A program made the translations under genes and the position numbers. Shown piece after piece: positions 1 to 11,100 of a stretch of DNA of 42,965 bases; the stretch's first letter is position 1; the number at the start of each line of letters is the position of its first letter. Source of the stretch: Lama guanicoe (taxonomy: Eukaryota); assembly GCA_013239625.1 (NCBI GenBank), contig MU053966.1, forward strand, positions 1-42,965, in the 5' to 3' direction. The notes beneath the pieces were generated by a model. It was not told the DNA's origin and made no database searches. It worked only from the letters and a program-made list of their open reading frames with translations.

Positions 1-382
1 TGTAAATGCTGGGCTCAGGTGGGCGGCCTCGCCTCTGCAGGATGGACAGACGGGCATCTCTGCACCCTCTACTCTGGGTCCCATGTCTGTGCCCGGTCTT
101 CTTCCCTCGCTGGGGACCGCGTCGTCCTTCTGGGTGGTTGTGAGCTCAGCTGCTGAAAGATGGTGTGTTCTGCATGCTTCCGCCAGCTCCTGTTTTAAAA
201 GCCTTTGCAGGGGCCCCTGTGTTTCCCAGTTCAGTCCCAGAACTTGCCTCGTAGCCAGATGAAGAAGACACTGCTTTCCAGCACGTGTCTGTCCATTCCA
301 CAGTTGCTTCTGGTGGCCGTACACTGCAGTGACTTGTCTACTATGTTATGTGATGTTTAACGGTTTTGTGTTTTAAACAAAC

Positions 383-479
383 CTCATGGAGAAAAGCTTA
401 CCAGGTCCTGGAGAAGATCAAGATCACTGGGAGTACCTGCATGGCTGCTGTGGGGCTGGTGCTGATGGCTGGGACCAAG
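383..479 (+). pseudogene. Degenerate exon of an adenylate cyclase catalytic C2 domain, most like ADCY1 (unprocessed pseudo-exon)
   Basis: Translates as LMEK-(frameshift)-YQVLEKIKITGSTCMAAVGLVLMAGTK followed by a GTGAGT donor at 480. This matches the adenylate cyclase motif EKIKTIGSTYMAAxGL and, from memory, the ADCY1 exon LMEKDFYKDIEKIKTIGSTYMAAVGLAPTSGTK. It has an apparent 2-nt deletion and no AG acceptor (AAAC|CTC). Confidence 0.8.
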
Positions 480-799
480 GTGAGTGCCTGCCTGCTGTCC
501 AGGTGTTCCCTGCTCAGAGACTGGGTCCCAGCTCTGTCCCAACTGCCCAGGGACCATGGACAGACTCCCCACCGTGGGCCTCAGTTTGCCGTCTGCATTG
601 GATTAGCCTGCAGGCCATCTTATCAGTGACCAGCTCTTTAGACACAACCTCAACACAGAAGGCCTGTCACAGAGACGTCCCTCAGCCCTGCCCCTCCCCA
701 CTGGCCACACTTGCATCCTGGGAGCCTGGCACCACTGAGTGTTCCCCTTTGCTGACACAGGATTGTGGAAACTTCAGGTTTCTCATAAAAGAGACAGAA

Positions 800-2455
800 G
801 AAGAGAGGAAGAGGTAAAAAACAAAGAGCCATGAATAGAAAGCAGTCATACATACAGTAGATACTAATCTGATTATATCAGAAATTACCTTTAATGTGAA
901 TGCTCTAAATATACCAATTAAAGAACAGAACTGACCAAGTGGCTGAAAAACAAGACCCAACAAGATTTTCTGTAAGCAATGCAGTTTAATTGTAAAGATG
1001 CAGATACATTAAAAATAAAAGGGAGTAGAAATAAATACCATGCTAGCACTGTTGAAAACTCAAGTCGCTATCTTAATTTCAGACAGAGCAAGCTTCAGAT
1101 CAGGGGCAATTACCAAGGATGAAGAGGGACATCACGTAATGAAAAATGAGTCAATTCCCCAAGAAGGCACAATAATCTTCGCTATGTATACACTCAGCAA
1201 CAGGAAGCCAAAACTGATGGATCTGCGTGGAGAAATAGATGAATCCACTATACAGTTGGAGACTTCAGTGCCTGTCTGTTGGTAATTGGTAGATCCAGTC
1301 GGGTGAAAATCTGTAGACAGCTGAACTGAGCAGCATCCTCAGTCACCTGGAGGTAACTGACACCTGTAGACGACTTCATCCAGCAGCAGCAGAACACGCT
1401 ACGTTTCGAGTTCACGTGGGACGTCTACCAAGGTAGACCACACTGTGGGCCGTAAAACACAGCTTGACAAATTTAAAAGAACCGAGATCATATAAACTAT
1501 ATTCTCACACCAGAATGGAATTAAAGTACGAATCTGTTTCTAGGAGATACTGGAAAACTCCAAAGGAGCCATACACTTCTAAATGACACGTGAGACAAAG
1601 AAGAAATCTCAAGAGAAGGTGAAAAACAATTTGAACTAAAAGAAATGGAAAATGTCACTTGCCAAAATTTGTGAGATGCAGAAAACGGTATTTAGAGAGA
1701 AATGTGTATGATTGAATTCATATATCAGACAAGAAGACCAATCCGAAAGCAGGAGTCTAAAATTCCGCCTTAGGAAACTAGAGAAAGAAGAGCCATTTAA
1801 CCTAAAGCAAGAAGAAAATAAATAATAAAAGTCAGAGCACAAATGAATGAAATTAAAAACAAGGAAACAGAGAATCAGTGAAACCAAAATTTGACTCTTT
1901 GAGAAAATGAATAAAATTGATTATCTCTAGCCACACTAAGAAAAAAGGGAGAAAGCAGAAATAGTAGAAATGAAAGGGGGCCATCTCCACTGAACCAATG
2001 GATGTTAAAAAGATAATTAATGTATATTGTGAACAACTCTGTGGCACTGCACTGGAGGTCCTAGCTGGTAGTCCAATAAGGGAAGAAAAGTAAATAGAAG
2101 ATATGTCGGTTGCAAACGTAGGAACAGAACCATCATTCTCAAACTGCGTGTGTATGTAGAATATTCAGTACTAAAATACTTATATATAAACTGCTAGAAT
2201 TGTTAAGTGAGTTTACCAAATTCGCTGGATATAAAATTAACATGAATTTCTGTTTTATCTCTGTATATTAGCTATAGACAATTAGTTACTCTTTCCAATT
2301 AGTATTAAAAAATACAACTGTATGCCCACAGATTTGGTAATGTAGGAGAAGTGGACCAATTGTTTGAAAGCTACAAACTTCCAAAACTCACCCGAGAAGA
2401 AACAGATAATCTGGGTGGGACTATGTCTATTAGATAAACTGAATCAGTAACCAGT
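800..2455 (+). mobile_element. Old LINE-1 ORF2 fragments (endonuclease and downstream region), degenerate
   Basis: ITFNVNALN-PIK-like start of L1 ORF2 near 885, A-rich L1 coding composition, remnant ORF VAILISDR...ITKDEEGH and many stops. A second L1 piece (~2050-2300) is interposed. Confidence 0.85.
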
Positions 2456-2619
2456 AATGCTGAGCACGGACTATGTGCCAGACAGTATTCCAGGCGCAGG
2501 TGTTTGGCTCCAGCTTCTCTGTGATCATGACTGAGGTGGAGCATCACTTCATAAACTCAGTATCTGGTTTATAGCTCTTTTTCTGTAAAAAGTGAATAGA
2601 CAAATAAAGGAGTATAGGA

Positions 2620-3300
2620 ATCTTAAATAATTGATATTTATGTTTAAATCTCAGGCATGTGGAATATGAATTCCCACTCCATAGATGTGGGCTGCGCATA
2701 GTGACATCCTTCCAGAAAGTACGTGCAGAACGGACTGGGGACAAGGGGAACTTCATAGTGGAGGAATATGACAAACCCTGTCTCATCCAGGTGACAACAG
2801 TGACAAGTCACCTTCAGAGGATTTGCCCTTTGTGTGAAATGTTGTGAACGACATTTACCCTCTGTGTCCTTCCTCTGTGAAGACATACAACCCCAGGCTC
2901 ATCACCAGGGAGTCATCAGGTAAATCTCAAGTGGAGGAGATGCTACAAAGCTCCTGGTAAGTACTTTTGACACTTGTCTATGTCGTCGTAGAACAAGAGA
3001 TGTCTCAGAAGCTCTAACATAAGTATCCTAAAGAAACAAGACCACTGAATACAGTGAGGTGCCCTAAATGAGGTTCTGCAGGAGAAAAGGGTAAAACTAA
3101 GAGCACTGGAAAAAATGAGTGGACTTTACAAAATCAGTAATCACATATCAACACCGGCTCATTCTTTGTAGCAGTGTGCTCTGGCCATATGAGATGGCGC
3201 TAAGATGGGAAACCGGGTCTGGGCTGCTTGAAGAATCCTGCACTGTCCTTGCAAAATGTTTATAAATCCGAAACTATTTTAAATTGAAATGTATTAATCA
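2620..3300 (+). mobile_element. L1MC/L1MD-type LINE-1 3' UTR fragment
   Basis: Characteristic 3' end text (tgtgggctgcgcatagtgacatccttccag ... tgcactgtccttgcaaaatgtttataaatccgaaactattttaaa). Confidence 0.65.
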
Positions 3301-3849
3301 AACACCAAATTTTTACATTTTTTTCTAACACATGATTTCTAATACTTACTGGTAATTACGATAAATATCCCTTTTCACTTAGTTCCATTGCTTTATTTTT
3401 AAAAATTGGATTTATGACACTGAAGTAAATAACACAGGATAATACATAATTTCCAGTAGCACCTGCATTGCACGTCTAATGTTAAATTTTTAAGGCACAA
3501 GTGTATTTATTATTTATGATGTTATTTTGAAGTTTTCTTGCTTGTTGTTTTCCTGGTATGACTATGTCCTGGGTGCACTCAGTAAAAAGCCTGTCACCAT
3601 AAATGTAGGTCAGCATTCAGACTATAGTGAGTCGGCTTCACTCACAGCTGATCATAATCAATAGACCAGTTTATAAAGTAACAATAAAATGACGAATGAT
3701 TCCTTGTGACTGGCTCACTTAGTCTTAGAGTGCTTGTTTTGATTTTGTTTCCATGTTTGTATTTTAGAACTAACAGCACAAAATCAAACATTTTTTTGCC
3801 AGCTCAAATATCAGCTTAGAATAATGAAAGATGTTGTGACCGCAAAGAT

Positions 3850-5545
3850 TCAATTTATGATTTTTTTCTCATCAGAAGTGTTTTAAACATCATCAAACTC
3901 ATCAGTGCCTAGGTGACAGGAAAAAGCGACAAGTCAGGGAATAAACAATGGCAGACTATCTTTCAGGTGATTTCAGATGCTGCTATATTTTGTGTCAGAA
4001 AAAAGTTGCCTCTTAGAAGGTCACATGGAATTAACTCAAAGTTCAAACCTTGAAATATTTCTCAATTTAGTCAAAATTACATGTTATTACAATGTCCGTA
4101 TGGTTAGCAATTTAAGTCAAGATAAAAAGTGATATATTCCTATGTGTTTAATACAATTCAAAAGAAATACATAGTTCTAAGAAATCAGGTTAGGTCTTAA
4201 AGAGTTGAAAATACAAAAAGCAAATGCTCTTCCTTGCTTTGATTGTGCAAGAGAAGTAGCCCATGGTAAACAAATCTGCCACCCCTTATAAGGGATGTTC
4301 ATGTTAAGAACACCTCCTTTACCTCAGAAGAAGGATTTAGTGGCTGGATTGAAAGAAAAGAAAACAAGACATTTTGTAAACTGGGAAAAGAAGATGTTGA
4401 CATGAAAATGCTCATCATCGCAGTTGTTATTATACATGAGTGACTATTACAGTTGCACAAATAGGTAGAAGTCGTTATTCCTCAACTGTACGTGAATATG
4501 ACAAATGTGTACCTCGTTCAGGCCATAAACATAAGAGACAAACTTTCTGCTCCTGTAAGTTAAAATATGATAACCTTTCAAATACCGCACAGTTTGTAAG
4601 CATGCATTGTGAATTCAGTAGACTGCGTATTTCCATGTCTGTTCTAAAAAGTACTTTAAACGTTCATAAGAATGCCCAACTGTTGTCGAAATCAAATGCC
4701 ATCAGCTGCCATTCCATGCAAATTATGACATTTAGCAAATAATACATATGTCCACAATAAAATGTACAAGTAAATAATATATAACATAAAATCAAATACT
4801 ATGTTATATTAACATGAAAAATAAATTCACATTAGGAATGTAGCGTGCCGAAATCAGAAGCATGTTGGCATAAGTAGATACAAATATTTATGCGCGTTTC
4901 ATGATGGGATGATACTGTAAACCAAGTGGAAACTGTTAAGAAAGCGCTCCATGGAAAATTCCTGACTATATGTAGAATGCACACTCTTAGACGGTCTCTC
5001 CTCTTGGTTACAATGAGACAGTTATGTTAAAGGAATGAAAATCTTTAACAAGACATAGGAATACACTGATGTAGAAAATAAAAGGAAAAGTAAAGAAATG
5101 GGCAATTTAAAAAATCTACAGATAAAAAATACCAACTCTAATGGGAAAGGGGCTTATGATTTTTTTAAAAAAAGGAGATTATAGATATTCCATTTTAGTA
5201 TTTGAATAGAGAGATACAAAATTAAGATAAATGCCTTCAGATTTTGAATTTATTAGGATTAAATTTATTTGCAATGAATGAATCTAATTACAAAAAGCAG
5301 CCATTGTCTTGTGTGTAAGTTTGCTGAAGCTTTAGGGTTTAATACATTCATTCATTTTAAATTGTCTTAAGTAGTATGCAATGGCTAGTATTTTACAAAT
5401 CATAGCTGCGTTTGAATCTTATAAAAGTGATTCATAATGTTTTTTGCATTCTTATAAAAATTTTGGTAGTGACTTGGATGTTATTTTTAACAATATTAGT
5501 CACATTGGAATCCTGCAAAAGATGTTTCTATGAGCTGATATTTAC
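3850..5545 (+). mobile_element. Fossil hAT (Tip100/Zaphod-like) DNA transposon, transposase remnants
   Basis: Remnant peptides WQTIFQVISDAAIFCVRKKLPLR (~3950), FDCAREVAHGKQI (~4238, D-x-T-x-D-like region) and LFLTILVTLESCKRCFYELI (5481-5540, resembling the hAT dimerisation motif FLTIPVTVASCERSFSKL). AT-rich and interrupted. Confidence 0.6.
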
Positions 5546-7369
5546 AAATATTTACTATATTCATTTTCATGTTTTTTTCATTTAAGATTATTACAAGATA
5601 TTGAACATAGTTCCCTGTGCTAAAATAATGTGTTTTAAGACACCTCTTCTTTACTTTCTCAGGATTTTTTCAATTACTTTTACATTCTGTCCACATTGTC
5701 TGTACATGACAGGTGTTTAAATCTTTTGCATCAGTGAGTAAGTGAAATAGTTCAGTGCCCTTGTGGATATGGGAGGCAATCGTTCTTCTGTGCTACTAGT
5801 GAAAACAGACATTTTTATAACCTTTCAGAGGGCATATGAGGAAAAAATTATGAATGCATTCCGCTTGACCTAGGGATTCTGTACGTCTCAGCAGGCACAG
5901 CCCGTTTCTGTGTCCCCAGCTCCTTCAACTCATTGGACTGGAGGATTCCTATAACATGCATTTTCCTTTCCTTATACACATGTTTCTGTCTCTCTGAATC
6001 TGTGCAGGGTTTTCTCCCACGAAACAACTCTTGAGTCTGTGACAAACCCCATAGCATGCATTTCCTCCCACCAAACCCCTTAAAAACTATCCTGCTGTAA
6101 AAATGAGCCCTGGTAAAATATTACCTGAGAAAGTAGAGAGTAAACCACATGGGAGCCTCCAGAAAATGAAGTGTCTGTGCTGCTACTTAAGGAAAAAGCC
6201 ATCCTGGCTAAGTCCAAAACAGCCCCTTCTCAGATGTTGGAGCGCAGACAGGAAGCACTCTTTTCCTGCCCACATGGCCACACACGGGGACTTGTCCCAA
6301 AGCCACTGTGGTGCCTCCTCAGTCAGTCCTGAGGGTGGCGGTTGGGGTGGGAATCTCTTGGTCTTAGGGAAGAATGCCCACCAGGTTCCCTGGTGGGTTG
6401 AATCAAAATCCCGCACACAGGGAAAAGGGTGGTTTTGTGCGCCACCTGCCGGCCACTGAGGGCAGAACAGGATGCTCAGAACTCAGTATTTGCAGAATAT
6501 GTGTCTCCCACCCCCTGCCAGCATGCTAAATCACTCAGTATGTCAGTGTCCCTGCCTCTTTGCTGATGACACTGGTGACAGGAGTGCTGGCTACTCATGC
6601 TGCGTGTCCACCTGCATCTGCCCACATTAAGAGGACCGTGTACCTGTGCCTGCCTGAGCCCCCCCCAACCCATCCAGTGTTGATGGAGCCTAGGATACGC
6701 TCACCCCTGCACGTGCTTGTACAGTTCTACACCCAAACTCTCCTTGTGTGTTTAGGACGCTGAGGCCCAGAGAGGGATAGAGGCTGGTTTGGGGCACAGC
6801 ACATGGGCAGAATCCAGAGGAAAGTTAGGATCCCAGCTTCCTAGGCCAGAGGTTGGAGACAGCTATGCTGTGGACCAGGAACATCCATTCTGCTGGTAGT
6901 TTGTCAAGAGGTCCATGATGTGAAGGGAATTCTCAAAGTTCTTATAGTCTCACCTGGGCTTGGGCCACCTCCATAGTGTTTTCCAGGGGACAGAGCTTGA
7001 AGTCTTGACAGACTACCATTCTCAGCTAGAACTAGGTTGAACACACATCCCATCTCCCAGGATAGTCAGACTACAGTCAAGGGGACTGTTTCTTTCTCTG
7101 CAAACTGGTTGCTTGCCTTGGCAGACCCCAAGGGTCTGCATGCTTGGGAGGTCTGAACTTGATCCTCCACCAATGACCCACTGTGCTCTGAGAGCTCAGG
7201 AGAATGGTTTCAACTCATTGAGGTCCTTCAGAGGAGAGAGCAGCTTGGGGCTTGAGGAATAAGGACTAGTCATAGAGCAAAATGGGACAGAGCCATGGAC
7301 CAGGAGTCAGGGGTCCAGGAATGAGACCAATCCTAGTTGAATCCTTGGGGTCAGGTCCTCATTTGGAAG

Positions 7370-7845
7370 TGTCAACTTAAAGAGAAGTGCACAACGTGAG
7401 AGTCATGAGTGTGTGTTTTATTCAGGATCTTACTGAGGATTATGGCCCAGCAGACAGCCACTCAATAGTCTGAGTAAACTGCTCCAAAGTGGTATGGGAG
7501 CAGCCAGTATATACATGAATTTTTAGCTAGGGAAACACATGTATTTGAGCACGTATCTTGGTAAAAGATGACCACTGGTCACAAAGAACAGGTATCTCAA
7601 AGGTAATGATTTTAGTGCTTTTGTGCAGGTGGAAAGATGTGAGCATCTGGGGTCATTGAAATTCTTCCTGAGATGTGCATCTAACTAGAGGCTCATTTGC
7701 CCAAAGCACAGAGTGTCTCATCCTGTTTTTTTCATCCTGAATCTCTTTTAGGATTCATTGTTGGTGGGTGGCTACATTGGGTTGTGACTTAAGCCTTGTA
7801 TGACTTGTTGATGGGTAGTGCTATCTGGTTTTGTTGTTGTTGACA
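7370..7845 (-). mobile_element. Solo LTR, ERV1 class (MER41-like)
   Basis: Ends TGTCAAC...GTTGACA form a 7-bp terminal inverted repeat. A 4-bp target-site duplication GAAG lies at 7366-7369 and 7846-7849. There is an AATAAA on the minus strand near 7417-7422. Length is 476 bp. Confidence 0.85.
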
Positions 7846-8119
7846 GAAGTAGGGGGTAACAAAGCATCCCAGAGCAGGAAGCAGAGAAGGGAAAGAGTGG
7901 TTTCTGACATCCAGTCCAAAGCCAAGACTCCTGCAGCTTGTGCTCTTTTGCCCTTGGGACTTGGGAAAGTTCTGCCTTAAGGACTCCCAAATAGATTCAG
8001 GCCTGGTGCTGCAGTGCTACTGCTGGCCACTAGGGAGCAGACAGCCTCCCCAGGAGGGCATTGCCCACTGAGATTTCCTGGAGCAACTGAAACAGACAGA
8101 TTAATACTGCAGAAGTCAT

Positions 8120-11100
8120 TCTGGCCATGTGCCAAGTCCAACCATTGTGCATCCCATGGTATCTTGAATTTGACCTCAGGCACTGAGCTGCCTGGTTAAC
8201 CAGGTTTTTGTCTCAGGTTTTATGGAATTGCCTAATGGCACTGGGCTTCAAGGTCAACCATCTATCCTGAGCATCCTGAAATTGGCCTTGAGTGCTGGGC
8301 TCCTGGGTCCTCCAGCTTGTCCATCCCAGTGGCCTGGTACTGAGCTCCAGCATCTGGCTACCTATTGGAGCACCTCTTCATGTGGGGAGTCCCAGAGTTG
8401 GACTTCAGCACCAGGCTGCCTGTTTGACTAGCTATGTGTCCTACATGCCTCAAATTTGACCTCTAGCCTCAGGCTATGTGGTTGATCTGCTGTAAGTTCC
8501 AAGGGTTCCAGACTTGCCTCAGTTGAAGAGTTCCCAGTTTGATCTGCTGTCTATCCTAGGCATACTGGACTGAAACTCCAGTGTAGGGCTGCAAGGTTGA
8601 TCATCTATCCATCCCAGGGATCTTGGGTCCTGGACCTGGCTTTTGACATCAAGCTGCCAGATTGAACAACTGTCCATCTGGGGACATCTCAGACATTGCC
8701 TTGGGTGCCAGGCTCTTGGTTGACAGATGTGTGTCCTGTGGTGTCTTGGACTTGGCCTCAACTGCTGGGCTGTTGGGTCAACTAGCTTTTAACCTTGGAA
8801 ACTTGAATTCGGCCTTCAGCATCTGACAGCTGGGTTGAATATCTGTCCCAAAATTCCCAGGTATCCTAGACTTGGCCTCAAGTGTGATGCTGTCATGTCA
8901 ATCAGTTGTTGTTTGAAGCATCCCATACGTGGCCTCAAGCACCAATCTGCAGGATTGGCCAGATTTCCATCCCTTGCATCCTGGGGGTCCTGGGTTTGGT
9001 ACAAGATGATAGGCTGCTGGGTCAACCAGTTATACTTCCTGGGCATCCTCGACTTGGCTTTTGCCTTTAAGCTGCTGGGTTAACTGTCTTCTCTATTGTG
9101 TCCCAGGCATCACAGACTTCACCTTCAGTGCTGGGCTGCCAGGTCAACCAGATGTCCATTCTGAGCAGCCCCAAATGGCCTCAAATGTTGGGCTGCCATG
9201 TCAGTCCACTGTTTTTCTGGGGTGTCCTGGCCGTGGCCTTCAGTTTTGGGCTACCAGTTAGGCTAGCAGTTCACACCAGATGTTGTGAGTGTTCTGAAGT
9301 TGGTCTTGGGTGCCAGGCTGCTTGGGCAACAAGCTGTCCTTTCTCATCCAAAGATGGCCTCAGGCACTGAGCTGATGAGTTGATCAGCTGTCTGTCCCAG
9401 GCTTCTTGGTGTCCTAGACTTGGCCTTGGGTACTAAGTTGCTGGGCTGACAAGCTTCTATTCCAGGTATCTCAGACTTAATCTCATTTACTGGACTGCTG
9501 GGTTGATCAGCTCTCTGTTTTTGGTGTCCTGGGCTTGTTCCAGTATCAGGCTGCAAGCTTGGCTGACTGTCCGTCCCACGTATCCTGGGCCTCCCAGGTT
9601 GACCACCTGTGCCACCTGTGGTGCCCCAAATTTGGCCTCCAGTGCCATATTGCTGGTTCAACCGGCTGTGCATCCTATAGCATCTCTGACTTGGCTTCAG
9701 GCATCAGGCTTCCAGGCTGACCAGCTGTCCATCCCAGAATTCCCAGACTTGGCCCTCAGAGTTGGGCTTCTGGGTCAACCAGATGTTAGTCCAGGATGTC
9801 CCAGTTGTCCCAGACTTGGCCTCAGTTGCCAGAATTCCAGGTTGACCACTTGTCTGTCTTGGGATGTCATGGATTGGCTTCATGCACTAGGTTTTCAGGT
9901 TCACCAGTTGTCAGTCTTGGCTTTGACTGCAAGGCTGTCAAGTTGACGATCTCTCCAGGGCATCCAAGGATTGGCTTACGAGCACTGAGCTACTGGCTTC
10001 ATCAGCTGTCCATCACAGGCATTCAGGCATTCCAGTCTTTTTGTGTTTGTAATTATCCTCCAGCATCAGGCTGCTTGTCAACCAGCTGTGTCCTAGGCAC
10101 CCTAGGTTGTCTCAGACTTGGCCATGAGTGTTAGGCTACCTGGTCAATCAGCTATCTGTCTGAGGCATCCTGGGTGTCCTGGACTTGGTTTGTCATTGGG
10201 CTGCCAGGTCAACCAGCTGTCCATTGTGGGGAGGGGTCCTGAACTTGGCTTTTGGCATCAGTCTCTCAGGTCAACCAACTGTCTGTCCCTAAGTGTCATG
10301 AACTTGGTCTTTGGCACTGGGCTATCAGGTTGACCAACTGTCTTTTCTAGGGGATCCTAGACTTGGCCTCCAGCATCAGTCTGCCAGATCATCCATCTGT
10401 CTGACCCAGGGTGTTACAGACTTGGCCTCATGCACCAGCCTGCTTGGTTCACCAGTTGTTAGTCTATGGCATCCAAGAATGGCCTTGGGCAATGGCCTGC
10501 TGGGTCAAACAGTTGTCTCATATGTTTTAGGTGTCCCAGACTTGCTTCAGGAATCAGGCTGCCAGGTCGACCAGCTGTCCATCTCAGTCATCCCAGTATG
10601 CCCCAGATTTGGTCTCAGGCTCCAAGTTGCAGAGTCAACCGGCTGTCCTTTCCAGACATCCCAGACTTTGCCTTGGGCGCTGAGGTGCCAGGGTGACCAA
10701 CTGTTCATCCTAGAAGAGTCAGAATTGGGCTTAGGAATGATTGCCAAATCAACCAGTTGTTCATCCAGAGCATTCCAGACTTGACCTCTGACACCAAGCT
10801 GGTAATGATAATGTCCATCCTGGGTGCCTCAGACTTGTTTTCTGGTGCTGGGCTGCCAGGTAGATAAGCTAGTCATCCTCTTTGTCCCGAAATTGTCTGT
10901 GGCTACTGAACTGTCCAGTTATTCATCTGAGGTGTCCTGAGTGTCCTGGTCTTGGCTTTGCGTGCCAAGCTGCCAGATCAATAAGGTGTCCATTTCGGGC
11001 TTCCCAGATTGGCGTCTGGTGCCAGGCTGGCAAAGGTCATCAGAATCCTGGGCATCCCAGGTATCCTAGACTTGGCCTTGTGTGTCAGACTGCCGAGTAA

